Positions 18,571 to 28,029 of a stretch of 64,000 nucleotides of DNA are shown piece by piece (position 1 is the stretch's first letter; each line of letters opens with the position of its first letter). A model generated the notes under the pieces. That model was not told the DNA's origin and did no database searches. It saw nothing but the letters and a program-made list of their open reading frames with translations. Origin of the DNA: Minisyncoccia bacterium (GTDB lineage Bacteria > Patescibacteriota > Minisyncoccia > SW-4-49-11); contig JBIKWJ010000002.1 in the NCBI GenBank assembly GCA_044356325.1, forward strand, positions 24,602 to 88,601. The letters are read 5' to 3'. The position numbers were made by a program, and so were the translations under genes.

Positions 18571-20151
18571 TTATTTTTTTGTTACAATACTTTTGACTTT
18601 TCCATTTTTGAATTGAGTAGTCAATATATCCCCTTCAGTAATTTGTGAAATATCTGTAATAATTTTATCATAGATTTTGGTAATACTGTATCCCTTTTGT
18701 AAAATTGCTTTTGGATCATTGGCTGAAAGTTGAGATTCTAAGACAAGAAGCTTATTGTGTTTTTGTGTAAAAGCGCTATGAATACTACTTTGAATATTCT
18801 GTATGCTCGAATTAATACTATATTGATATTGTTGTATTTGTCGTAATTGTTGAAAAGCATTATTCTCTAATCTCTGAATAGTAATCTTCACCGTATCAGA
18901 AATAAATCTGGTATATCGTTCTAAAGAATATAATCGCTGATCAATATTACGAGATAATTGTTGAATTTGATACTGTATACTGGTTTGTAATTGGCTCTCT
19001 TTTTGTTCCACTATTCCCTTTAATTCATCTCGATGTGGTGTCAATAATTCAGCAGCATTAGAGGGAGTAGAAGCTCGAAAATCTGCCACAAAATCCGCTA
19101 TAGTAATATCCCTCTCATGCCCTACTGCTGAAATAACAGGCTTTGTTGAAGTATAAATTGCCCGAGCTACCGACTCATCATTAAATGCATGAAGATCATC
19201 CATAGCGCCTCCCCCTCGAGTTAATACTATCACTTCTATTTCGGGATAACTATTGAGATTATTAATAGCAGTAATAATACTCTCTACTGCTCGCTCACCC
19301 TGTACTTGTGCATGATGAAAATATAATTGCAAACCTCCCATACGAGCTCCAAGCACTTTCATAAAATCTTTATAGGCAGCGGCATCTTGTGAGGTTATAA
19401 CTCCGATATTCTGAGGCATATTAGGAATAGGTCTTTTGCGGTCTTGTTGGAATAATCCTTCTGCCTCTAATTTTGCTCGAAGTAATTCGAAAGCCTTAGC
19501 AAGTTCTCCTTCTCCAGAAACCGCCAAAGTATCTACCATTATACTGAATATTCCTGATTTAGGAGAAAGGCGAGATTTACCCGTTACAATAATACGCATA
19601 CCATTCACCGGGGAAATACGGGATTTCCGAAGCTGAGACACGGTCGTAAAACAACGAATTTTTGCTTCTTTTTTCTCATCTTTAAGATCAAAAAACACCC
19701 ATTGATTATTCCCAAAAGTAGACATTTGAAAGGCTGAAACTTCACCTTCAATTTGCACCGTATTCTCACCAATAATGCTATTAATTTGGGCAATAAACTG
19801 AGATACACTCATTACTTCTGAGGACATATCTGGGGTTGAGACTTTGGTATTAGCATATTGTGTGAGCTCCTGGGGAATAGTCACTTTATTTGCCTCTAGG
19901 TATGCTTTTCCCTCAGGAAAATGCGTGAGGACTCGAATAGCCTCCTTTTTTACCGTCAAAGTGGAGTCATTGATAAGAGGTGTAATCAAATCTTTGACCC
20001 TATCCCATTCAAAATTCTCAAGAGCTCGGAGAGCCGCCTGCCTATATGAAGCTTTATTATGTGCCAAGAAAACCTGAATACTATATAAGGCTCTATTTCC
20101 CCGCTCTCGTATTATATCTTGAAAATAGGTATCTAATTGCTTACCAGTCAC
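18571..20151 (-). CDS. xseA: Exodeoxyribonuclease VII large subunit with about 110-aa N-terminal extension (or an upstream start miscall)
   Basis: OB-fold region VQIEGEVSAFQ...WVFFDLKDE and catalytic region GVITSQDAAAYKDF...RGGGAMDDLHAFNDE...SAVGHERDITIADFVAD. An alternative start at MSSEVMSVSQF would give a canonical length. Confidence 0.85.
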   Translation of the reverse strand: MTGKQLDTYFQDIIRERGNRALYSIQVFLAHNKASYRQAALRALENFEWDRVKDLITPLINDSTLTVKKEAIRVLTHFPEGKAYLEANKVTIPQELTQYANTKVSTPDMSSEVMSVSQFIAQINSIIGENTVQIEGEVSAFQMSTFGNNQWVFFDLKDEKKEAKIRCFTTVSQLRKSRISPVNGMRIIVTGKSRLSPKSGIFSIMVDTLAVSGEGELAKAFELLRAKLEAEGLFQQDRKRPIPNMPQNIGVITSQDAAAYKDFMKVLGARMGGLQLYFHHAQVQGERAVESIITAINNLNSYPEIEVIVLTRGGGAMDDLHAFNDESVARAIYTSTKPVISAVGHERDITIADFVADFRASTPSNAAELLTPHRDELKGIVEQKESQLQTSIQYQIQQLSRNIDQRLYSLERYTRFISDTVKITIQRLENNAFQQLRQIQQYQYSINSSIQNIQSSIHSAFTQKHNKLLVLESQLSANDPKAILQKGYSITKIYDKIITDISQITEGDILTTQFKNGKVKSIVTKK

Positions 20152-20196
20152 AGTATTTTGTATAATTATATTATCTATTTAGTATAGCATATAAAG

Positions 20197-20226
20197 TTGA
20201 AAACCCCCGGGGAAACGGGGGTTTTA
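20197..20226. terminator. Bidirectional rho-independent terminator
   Basis: aaaa-cccccg-gggaaa-cggggg-tttt. Confidence 0.6.
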
Positions 20227-20241
20227 GTTATTTAGTTGTAC

Positions 20242-20421
20242 CTAGCTGTGATGGGGCTAGGTGATAGGGTTGACAACGGGCTCGACCGGAATGGTCAAGC
20301 GGTCATGACGTCCATGACGCTGTGGGTAGAGGCTTCGGATGCCGCTATTAGAGGGAGAAACTCCCCAATAATTTTTCTTCCGACGAACTTTCCGGGAGTC
20401 ATGACGCTTACCGTGTGCCAT
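20242..20421 (-). CDS. rpmF: 50S ribosomal protein L32 (missed by the ORF track; the annotated + ORF 20236..20427 is antisense)
   Basis: The minus-strand translation MAHGKRHDSRKVRRKKNYWGVSPSNSGIRSLYPQRHGRHDRLTIPVEPVVNPIT matches the bL32 N-terminal signature MA.PK[RK]..S[KR]..RR...W. A TTGACA-17-TATTAT promoter sits upstream at about 20470-20500. Confidence 0.7.
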
Positions 20422-20513
20422 GTATAACCTTGAGTTAGGGCAATATAATAATACTATTTACCTATTATTTTGTCAATATATATTAACTTTATTTGTCAAT
20501 TTTTGACAAAATA

Positions 20514-21698
20514 TTATATTTTAATCGCAATATTGTCAATATGGATTTTCTGTTCTACCCATTTACGCATAATTCCCATATAGGCTGAGTCCCCTATTAT
20601 AACGCCTCCTATAATAATATTCTCTTTATTGATATTAACTTGTACATATCTATCCCCCTGCTCTATTACGACAGATTGCATATCAGGCCCCAATCTACAA
20701 GCTCCTACAAAAGCTATAGGCAGGCTGGTTTTAGGACTAAAAACTGGTATCAAAGAATACGGCTTCATAGTATCCGTATGTACCATATTATATCCCGCAA
20801 TCATACCCTGTAGAGAAGCATTAGCCCAAGTTCCGCCACTTGTGGTATTCTCTTGCAATATGTCATAATATTCGGCTATATCACCTGCCGCGAATATATC
20901 TGTATTTTCACTCATAAGATATTGATTAACCTTCAACCCACGATTACATAATTCAGGGGGAAGAAAATCTTTATTTAATTCAAGCCCAATTCCAGTACAT
21001 AAACTTTGCGTAGGTATAATTTCACCTGATTTTAGAATTATCTCTGCAATAGCCCCATTTTCGCTCTTTATTTCACCAATCTCAGCATTATAATATACAT
21101 TAGCTCTCTGATGAATATATTCATTGATGAGATTACCTCCAATTTTATCTATCATTCCTTTCCAATACCATTCTTCACGAATAATCAGTGTCACTTTTTT
21201 TCCAAGAGCTGATAATAATTCGACAAATTCAATTCCTATAAATCCCCCTCCTACAATAGTAATATGTTCTTTATTTTGTATATAATCTCTTACTTGTATA
21301 GCATCGTCCAAGGTTTGAAAACTAAATACTCCCGCTAAATCAGCTCCTGCTTGTGTGAGTTTGCGAGCTCTGCCACCCGTTGCGATTAATACTTTATCAT
21401 ATTGTACTATTTCTCCATTATTTAAGGTGACCGATTTAGCCTCTTTATCAAGGGCTGTGACTTTAGCAATAATATGATTGATATTTTGCTCACGGAATTG
21501 CTCTTCGGTTTTCAGTAATAATTCTTCTGGATTTTTGGCAGCTATTGCAATTTTACCAATATTAACTCTTGAGTACACAGGATATGATTCATCTCCAATC
21601 AGTGCAATACTTGCTTCTGGAGATTCCCTACGTATTGTAGCGGCCGCATTACTCCCCGCAATCCCCGCTCCTATAATAATATATTGATATTTTGACAT
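20514..21698 (-). CDS. FAD-dependent pyridine nucleotide-disulfide oxidoreductase (NADH oxidase / ferredoxin-reductase-like)
   Basis: Two Rossmann motifs: IIIGAGIAGSNAA (FAD) and ITIVGGGFIGIEFVE (NAD(P)). Confidence 0.75.
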   Translation of the reverse strand: MSKYQYIIIGAGIAGSNAAATIRRESPEASIALIGDESYPVYSRVNIGKIAIAAKNPEELLLKTEEQFREQNINHIIAKVTALDKEAKSVTLNNGEIVQYDKVLIATGGRARKLTQAGADLAGVFSFQTLDDAIQVRDYIQNKEHITIVGGGFIGIEFVELLSALGKKVTLIIREEWYWKGMIDKIGGNLINEYIHQRANVYYNAEIGEIKSENGAIAEIILKSGEIIPTQSLCTGIGLELNKDFLPPELCNRGLKVNQYLMSENTDIFAAGDIAEYYDILQENTTSGGTWANASLQGMIAGYNMVHTDTMKPYSLIPVFSPKTSLPIAFVGACRLGPDMQSVVIEQGDRYVQVNINKENIIIGGVIIGDSAYMGIMRKWVEQKIHIDNIAIKI

Positions 21699-21789
21699 TG
21701 ATATAACTATTATTGATTATTATATATAGTATAACATATTGATTTTGATATGATGATATGATATTATTTTGAAGTTCTCTGATAGTATT

Positions 21790-22002
21790 GACTATGAGCT
21801 TACTCGATGATTTATTTGAAACACTTTCTGGTAGATCCAGGGGCAACAAGGGTGACGGTAATCCCAATAACCTCAGGCCCGATATCCGAGAGACTTTACC
21901 AACACGTGCAGGAAGTATTAGACCACTTCATCGCAGCATTCCACCAACCTTCGAACAAGGTCGTCCCGATGAAGGCTGAACCCTTCTCCAATTACACCTC
22001 TA
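21790..22002 (+). ncRNA. GC-rich structured RNA candidate or leader upstream of efp, identity unresolved
   Basis: A roughly 210-nt GC-rich island ends in a strong terminator just before the efp start. ORF 21807..22661 is an in-frame read-through artefact. Confidence 0.25.
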
Positions 22003-22036
22003 AAGACCAGCCGCCGAGGTTTGGTCTTTTTTCTTT
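22003..22036 (+). terminator. Rho-independent terminator
   Basis: aagacca-gccgccgaggtt-tggtctt followed by ttttctttt. Confidence 0.65.
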
Positions 22037-22094
22037 TATATTGCATTTTGAGGCTATATCGACTATAATAGCAAGGTTATATAAGAAATATCAT

Positions 22095-22661
22095 ATGCTT
22101 TCTATTTCAGATATTAAAAAAGGTAAAATTATTGTGGTTGATGAAACCCCTTATTTAATTTTATTTAGCCAATTAGCGAAAAAAGGACGGGCAGGTTCGG
22201 TTCTTACCGTCAAAATGCGTAATCTATTAACCCAGAATACCCAAGAGCGTAATTTTAAACAATCTGATATGTTTGCTGAGGCTGATATTTCAGAATCCTA
22301 TGCTGAATATTTGTATAATGATTCTGAGGGATATCATTTTATGGATGAGAGGAATTTTGAGCAATATGCTTTTGATACTGAGACTTTGGGTGATAATACT
22401 ATTGGATATTTACAAGAAGGTGCAAAGGTTAAAATCATCACCTTCAATGGGTCTCCTATTACTATCAATCTCCCTCCAAAAGTTGTGCTCGAGGTAACCG
22501 AGGCTGTGCCTGCAATTAAAGGAAATACCGTAGATGCTGCAGTAAAAGTAGTAAAATTAGAAACAGGATTAGAGGTAAAGGTTCCTATGTTTATCAATCA
22601 AGGAGATAAAATTCGTATTAATACCGAGACTGGAATCTACGAAGAAAAGGTGACTAATTAA
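22095..22661 (+). CDS. efp: Elongation factor P (Arg-type loop)
   Basis: MLSISDIKKGKIIVVDETPY...AKKGRAGSVLTVKMRNLLT aligns to E. coli EF-P. The residue equivalent to K34 is Arg (KKGRAGS). Confidence 0.85.
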   Translation: MLSISDIKKGKIIVVDETPYLILFSQLAKKGRAGSVLTVKMRNLLTQNTQERNFKQSDMFAEADISESYAEYLYNDSEGYHFMDERNFEQYAFDTETLGDNTIGYLQEGAKVKIITFNGSPITINLPPKVVLEVTEAVPAIKGNTVDAAVKVVKLETGLEVKVPMFINQGDKIRINTETGIYEEKVTN

Positions 22662-25234
22662 CCCCAATAATCTTTAATCGTAACACCAACTTTAATCGGG
22701 ATACTGGCTTTATATACCGATTCCATAATATTTACTATTTTCTGCTGATACAAGTCCACTCTTTCTGATGCGACTTCAAATACCAATTCATCATGTACCT
22801 GTAATATCATATGAATATCATCCTTATCTCTTAGGTATTCATCAATTTGTATCATAGCTAATTTTATAATATCGGCTTGCAGTCCCTGAATTGGCATATT
22901 GACTGCAATTCGCTCCAGTAAAGCTTGATTGCGAGGATTTCTAATATCTATATTGGATAAATCCCGAATTCTTCCATATTCAGTTTGAGCATATCCATGT
23001 TGGCGTGCAAATTGCTTCAGAGATTCCATATATTCATGAAGTTCCGGATAAGCTTCTCGATAACGAGCTAAGAATTCCTGTGCCTCGGTGCGACTAATTT
23101 TGAGATTACGAGCAAGACTTACCGCTCCCATTCCATATAAAATTCCAAAATTAATGGTTTTGGCAAAAGTTCGCATTTCTTTGGTAATGTCTTCTGGGTT
23201 TACTCCATATACTCGCTGAGCTGTGGCTGTATGAAAATCTTGATCCTGACTAAAAATTTCTAACATAGCTGTATCTTGTGCCAGATGAGCTGCTAGCCTT
23301 AATTCGATTTGAGAATAATCACAAGCTAATAATGTCCAGTTTTTAGCAGCCACGAAACATTGTTTAATTTGGCGACCAAGTTCACTACGAGCAGGGATAT
23401 TCTGAAGATTTGGATCAATTGATGAAAGCCTTCCAGTGGCTGCAATATTTTGCTGATAACTGGTATGTATACGACCTTTTTTATCCATCATCAGAGGTAG
23501 ACTATCAATATAGGTAGACTTGAGTTTAGCAACTTCCCGATATTGCAAAATTAAATCGACAATTTCAAATTCTGCTCGCATTGACTCCAGAGCATCCGCT
23601 GAGGTGGAAATTTGTCCTCCTCCAGTTTTCTTTACCCCTTTTGGAGATAAGGCTAATTTGGTGAATAATATTTGAGATAATTGTTTGGGGGAATTAAGAT
23701 TAAATTCCTCTCCAGCTATACTATAAATTTTCTGAGTCAAATCTTTGATTTTATTCTCCACAAAATTTTTAGTACTTTGAAGTTTGTCAGTATCAAATAA
23801 TACCCCAATGGCTTCCATACGAGCAAGCACCGGCAATAATGGTCTCTCAATTGTATTGTATACCTCCTCAATATGCTGAGGTTTCATCTTCTCAAGAATA
23901 ATAGTATATAGGCTATGCAAGCTCAATTCCGGATGAGATTCATTATAATCAACTCCATACGCTGAGACCACTGCCGCCAGAGATAATTGCCTCTCTCCAG
24001 GATTGATAAGATATGCCATCAAAACAATATCCTGCAGATTAGCCTTAAGTTCAAAAGGATATAAATTCCGTATTATAGGTTTTATATCGGCACAAATAAG
24101 AATTTGATTGGTTAAGAGCAAATCTCTGAGTTCTTTTTCATTGAGTTTAGCCCGCCGCCCCTCAGCATCTATTGCCGCATAATGTTCTCCTGCTTGATAT
24201 ATGGCTAATGGAGCCGAGACTAATGCATCAAGAGAGTCGTATTGAGTATTGATAGACTTTTCTAATTCTATTGATTTATTTTCTTGACTCCAAAAACTTG
24301 CCTGAGCCTTACTCGGTTTTTCTTTTTCTAATATAATATTCAAATCCTTTACTAAGGAGAAAAATTCAAATTGTTTAAAGGTTTCTTTTGCCTTCTCTAC
24401 GGGGAATTGATATTCTAAGGTCTCATTTACAATATCTCCGATAGGAGCATCGAGGATAATTGTCGCAAGCTCACGACTAAAAAAAGCTTGTTCTTTATAT
24501 TGTTTGAGATTGGCAAAAATAGATTTAGTCAAAGCCTCTCTATTGTCTTTGTCTATATCATCAAAATTGTCATATTTGTCTACAAAAATATAAATATTCT
24601 CCAAAGTCTCAAAACGATGTAATAAATTGACCGCTCTCAAATCTCCAATACCAGGAACTCCAGGAATATTATCTGAAGGATCCCCCTTTAGCCCTTTAAA
24701 ATCTCTCACTTGATCGGGCCTAATTTGATATTTTGCAATGACTGCATCAGTATCAAAGATTACCGTGTCATTAATACTTTTCCTAAGAGTATAAACTGAA
24801 ATACCCGGCTTTACTAATTGCATAGTATCCATATCTCCCGTCACAATTACCAATTCATTCTTGCTTTTATTGGTTTGCTCGGCAATAGTTCCAATAATAT
24901 CATCAGCCTCATATCCTGCGAGCTCTAAAACAGGGATATCGAGCCCTCGCACTAATTCTTGCACCAAAGGAATTTGATCATACAAATCCTGATCTGCTGC
25001 CACTCGATTTGCCTTATAATCATCAAATTGCTCATGCCGAAAAGTCCCTCCAGCCACATCAAAAGCTGCTAATACTATATCCGGCTTTATATCCTTGATA
25101 ACTTTTAACAATAATTTGGCATATCCATATACCGCATTCACCATCACTCCCTCCGCTGTCGTAAAAGGAGGCAGGGCATGATAAGCCCTGTGAATCACCG
25201 CATTGCTATCTAAGATTACAATTTTCTTCTTCAT
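22658..25234 (-). CDS. polA: DNA polymerase I
   Basis: 858 aa. 5'-3' exonuclease N-terminal domain and a polymerase domain with motif A (DYSQIELR) and motif B (RTFAKTINFGILYG) plus QVHDEL. Confidence 0.95.
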   Translation of the reverse strand: MKKKIVILDSNAVIHRAYHALPPFTTAEGVMVNAVYGYAKLLLKVIKDIKPDIVLAAFDVAGGTFRHEQFDDYKANRVAADQDLYDQIPLVQELVRGLDIPVLELAGYEADDIIGTIAEQTNKSKNELVIVTGDMDTMQLVKPGISVYTLRKSINDTVIFDTDAVIAKYQIRPDQVRDFKGLKGDPSDNIPGVPGIGDLRAVNLLHRFETLENIYIFVDKYDNFDDIDKDNREALTKSIFANLKQYKEQAFFSRELATIILDAPIGDIVNETLEYQFPVEKAKETFKQFEFFSLVKDLNIILEKEKPSKAQASFWSQENKSIELEKSINTQYDSLDALVSAPLAIYQAGEHYAAIDAEGRRAKLNEKELRDLLLTNQILICADIKPIIRNLYPFELKANLQDIVLMAYLINPGERQLSLAAVVSAYGVDYNESHPELSLHSLYTIILEKMKPQHIEEVYNTIERPLLPVLARMEAIGVLFDTDKLQSTKNFVENKIKDLTQKIYSIAGEEFNLNSPKQLSQILFTKLALSPKGVKKTGGGQISTSADALESMRAEFEIVDLILQYREVAKLKSTYIDSLPLMMDKKGRIHTSYQQNIAATGRLSSIDPNLQNIPARSELGRQIKQCFVAAKNWTLLACDYSQIELRLAAHLAQDTAMLEIFSQDQDFHTATAQRVYGVNPEDITKEMRTFAKTINFGILYGMGAVSLARNLKISRTEAQEFLARYREAYPELHEYMESLKQFARQHGYAQTEYGRIRDLSNIDIRNPRNQALLERIAVNMPIQGLQADIIKLAMIQIDEYLRDKDDIHMILQVHDELVFEVASERVDLYQQKIVNIMESVYKASIPIKVGVTIKDYWG

Positions 25235-25269
25235 ATACTGTTATTATATCATATTTTATGAAAATAATG

Positions 25270-25455
25270 TGGACTTTCGTAGCGGAGGGTTTATCCCTCC
25301 AGTTCATATAGAGTCGGCAACCCCGCCGACATTGTTTTCCGTAGGGGCGACAAACTTGTCTTAAAATTCCCATCTTGAGGGGTGGACAGCTTCGCTGGAC
25401 GGGGTGGAGTCTTTTTATATTCGTAGGGGGCGACCTCTCAGTCGCCCGTCCCGTG
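25270..25455. repeat. GC-rich mosaic hairpin repeat cluster
   Basis: ggagggtttatccctcc, gtcggcaaccccgccgac, attcccatcttgaggggtggacagcttcgctggacggggtgga and gggggcgacctctcagtcgccc. Confidence 0.8.
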
Positions 25456-25536
25456 ATATAATTAATTCTAGTTATTTACTCTTGACAAAATTAGCAAAAT
25501 ATGATATAAGTCTATTGTCCCCTGCGGAGAATTTCC

Positions 25537-25776
25537 GTGCTTCCAAGATTTTACTGTAGTAGAGATTTTATCCAATTTATACTTGCATTAGCCAGTATAG
25601 TACTTTTCCTAAGTGCAGTAATTATTATGCTTTATGCTTTTGGGAATGTATTTTTTACAAATAATACCCTATCTTGGAAACTAAGCTTGTTTTTTAATAA
25701 TTTATTTTCTGCAATTATCTGTACGCTGGTTGGGCTTGGATTAAGTAGCATTTTAAAGCGTATAGATAATTCATAA
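25537..25776 (+). CDS. Small hypothetical membrane protein (79 aa, 2 TM)
   Basis: Preceded by cTTGACAaaattagcaaaatatgaTATAAG promoter-like sequence. Confidence 0.3.
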   Translation: MLPRFYCSRDFIQFILALASIVLFLSAVIIMLYAFGNVFFTNNTLSWKLSLFFNNLFSAIICTLVGLGLSSILKRIDNS

Positions 25777-25896
25777 AGATAATATTGGCAGTAATCTATA
25801 CCCTAACATTACACTGGAGTCACTTAAGAGTGACTCCTTTCAATTTATTTAATTTTTTTACTCAAAAAATACTCTCCCTCAATCATACAATATCAT

Positions 25897-26010
25897 GGGC
25901 GGCTGAAAGGTCGACCCTACGAGTGGGGAAACGAATCCACCTCCAGCACTTTGTGCCACCTCCTAATCTACATGCCATCAAAGCTCCCTTACCACTGGGA
26001 GCTTTTTCAT
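25897..26010. repeat. GC-rich hairpin repeat modules
   Basis: gggcggctgaaaggtcgaccctacgag (variant of the ggcgactgaaaggtcgcc module) and agctccc-ttaccact-gggagct. ORF 25785..26024 is probably an artefact. Confidence 0.7.
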
Positions 26011-26151
26011 ATCTATACAGTTAACTCAATAGTTTTTTACTCTCAGAAAAAGTTCACCCCCTTCTCCGCCCACAGCAACCAGGTAGAGTAAAGAAAAAAA
26101 GCCCGATCAATGTCGAGCCTTTGAATGGGGGAAGAGATGTCATTTTTTCTT

Positions 26152-26481
26152 TTATTGAGATGAAATGGCGTAAATACCACTCACCTCACCCCTGTAGCTC
26201 CAGCAATTTGCTGGAAACTTATCTTTAATAAGATTGATATCATGCCACCCTGTTTCCACTTTAAAAAGCTTACCTTTATTACACCTCTGTTGAGGTAAAT
26301 CCCTAAGATTGGTTTTCCTACTCTCCACTAAAGTAAAGGTATTAATTCTTGGCTGAAGTTTATTTGTTAACTCTGTAACCTGAATTTGCTCAGGTGGCTG
26401 TACCTTACCACACCCCGACACTCCAAGGAGGAGTGTTGAGAGGAAAGCCATAGCCATAATACGTTGATTGAAAGGGGACAT
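26152..26481 (-). CDS. Lipoprotein (paralog 1)
   Basis: Signal peptide with lipobox, AFLSTLLLGVSGC. Paralog of 27158..27565, with a near-identical 5' region and upstream sequence. Confidence 0.6.
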   Translation of the reverse strand: MSPFNQRIMAMAFLSTLLLGVSGCGKVQPPEQIQVTELTNKLQPRINTFTLVESRKTNLRDLPQQRCNKGKLFKVETGWHDINLIKDKFPANCWSYRGEVSGIYAISSQ

Positions 26482-26626
26482 GGAGATCGCTCCATAATGT
26501 ACTCTAATCTTATACCATATTTTTACATTTTTGTCAAGTAATTATAACACACTTTGCCCTATAGACCTCCAATATTGCATAAAATTTGCATATATGTTAT
26601 AATCGCGACACATTGCACATTCAAAC

Positions 26627-27001
26627 ATGACTTTTTTCTCTGAACAAGGCCTCACCGAAGCTCAAGTGCTTCAACGGGTTTGCAATTTATTGAAGGAAAG
26701 AGACCCCACTTTCCTAATCTCAAGGCCTTTTGCAATTCCCGGCACTGATTATGGGCTTTTTGGTAAATCCCTTGAAGCATTCTTCAAGCTCAGCTCTGGA
26801 AGTGTTGCTAATATGGTGATATTCTTGGAAGCTGTACATAGGGGGAACCTTGCTAAGGAAGCTCTCATTGAACTCATTGAGAATCAGATAGCCCTACCTA
26901 AAGAACTCGAGGATAAAAAACAAGTCCATAGCAAAGACCGCCGTAAATATCTCCAGCAAGCTAATATGATTTTGTCAAAACTCAAATCCCTCCCGCGCTA
27001 A
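26627..27001 (+). CDS. Hypothetical protein (124 aa)
   Basis: ORF between the two lipoprotein paralogs. No motif. Confidence 0.35.
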   Translation: MTFFSEQGLTEAQVLQRVCNLLKERDPTFLISRPFAIPGTDYGLFGKSLEAFFKLSSGSVANMVIFLEAVHRGNLAKEALIELIENQIALPKELEDKKQVHSKDRRKYLQQANMILSKLKSLPR

Positions 27002-27157
27002 TCAAAGCTCGGGGGTTTTTACTTTATTCTTATTATTTCAGTAAGGCATATTATAAGCAAAGAAACCCATACCCATCCAGTACACTACCCCCTTAAATAG
27101 AACCTTAGGGAAAGAAAAAAGCCCAGTCCATGCCGGGCTTTAGGGTATAGCTATGAG

Positions 27158-27565
27158 CTAATGGGTAGGCTTGGGAAGCAATAAGACAGTATCACGCCCA
27201 TTTACCATTGTGTGGGGGAGGGATGAATATCCGGGCACAACAATATCCGTAGGAATAACTCTTATATAGTTGCCAGGAAAATTTGGCAGCCCAACTGGAA
27301 GCATAGACACAATATGACATGCCCTGGTAAATCTTTTCGTGGATTGGCACATATACTCTAAATCTTTTTGCTTTACATCCCTATGCATACCTATCCTCTT
27401 ATCACCTGCATTATCAACGGAGTATAAATGTACTGTATATCTCATTTCATTAAAAATCTTTCTTTCACTTTTCGGTATTCCATTACACCCCGACACTCCA
27501 AGGAGAAGTGTTGAGAGGAAAGCTAGAATAATTGACCTAGTAAACCTTGACATGGATCGCTCCAT
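27158..27565 (-). CDS. Lipoprotein (paralog 2)
   Basis: AFLSTLLLGVSGC lipobox. Followed by a terminator (agccc-agtccatgcc-gggct with a T-run on the minus strand). Confidence 0.6.
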   Translation of the reverse strand: MERSMSRFTRSIILAFLSTLLLGVSGCNGIPKSERKIFNEMRYTVHLYSVDNAGDKRIGMHRDVKQKDLEYMCQSTKRFTRACHIVSMLPVGLPNFPGNYIRVIPTDIVVPGYSSLPHTMVNGRDTVLLLPKPTH

Positions 27566-27623
27566 AATGTGCTTTAATCTTATACCATATTTTTGTCTAG
27601 TTTTATGAGGTGTATAGAATTCA

Positions 27624-27960
27624 GGCGACTAAAAGGTCACCCCTACGAGAGATTTTTATTCAGAAATAATGAGTTAAGAAATTTAATAAGAAAGTTTATT
27701 GTAATGCTTTAGGGTAGCTGATCTTTACTATCCCCCTTTGGAGGGGGCCGCCTGAAAGGCGGGGGTGGATAGATTTATAGGTTCAATATAAAATACACTT
27801 TACTTATTATCCACCTCCACCCTGCGGGTACCTCCTCCAAAGGAGGACAGTTTTATATCCCTAACCGCTGGACACCACCCAGGAGAGGAGTATATTAAAA
27901 TATACTGTACAAAAAATTCCCCTCTTGAGGGGTGACAAGCTTGCTTGTCGGGGTGGAGAA
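27624..27960. repeat. GC-rich mosaic hairpin repeat cluster
   Basis: aggcgactaaaaggtcacccctacgag, ccccctttggagggggccgcctgaaaggcgggggtggat, tccacctccaccctgcgggtacctcctccaaaggaggacag and attcccctcttgaggggtgacaagcttgcttgtcggggtgga. Confidence 0.8.
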
Positions 27961-28029
27961 AGATACCAAATCTTGAAATTTAGCTAATTTTATGCTATAA
28001 TTGTTAGTATTAAAGTAATAAATACCTCT

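Noticed and set aside
20236-20427. + strand ORF 20236..20427 (63 aa)
   Set aside because: It is antisense to a clear bL32 (rpmF) coding sequence.
21807-22094. N-terminal 96 codons of the 284-aa ORF fused to efp
   Set aside because: A canonical EF-P start (MLSISDIKKG) with an intrinsic terminator just upstream. The upstream part is a GC-rich structured region with no protein signature.
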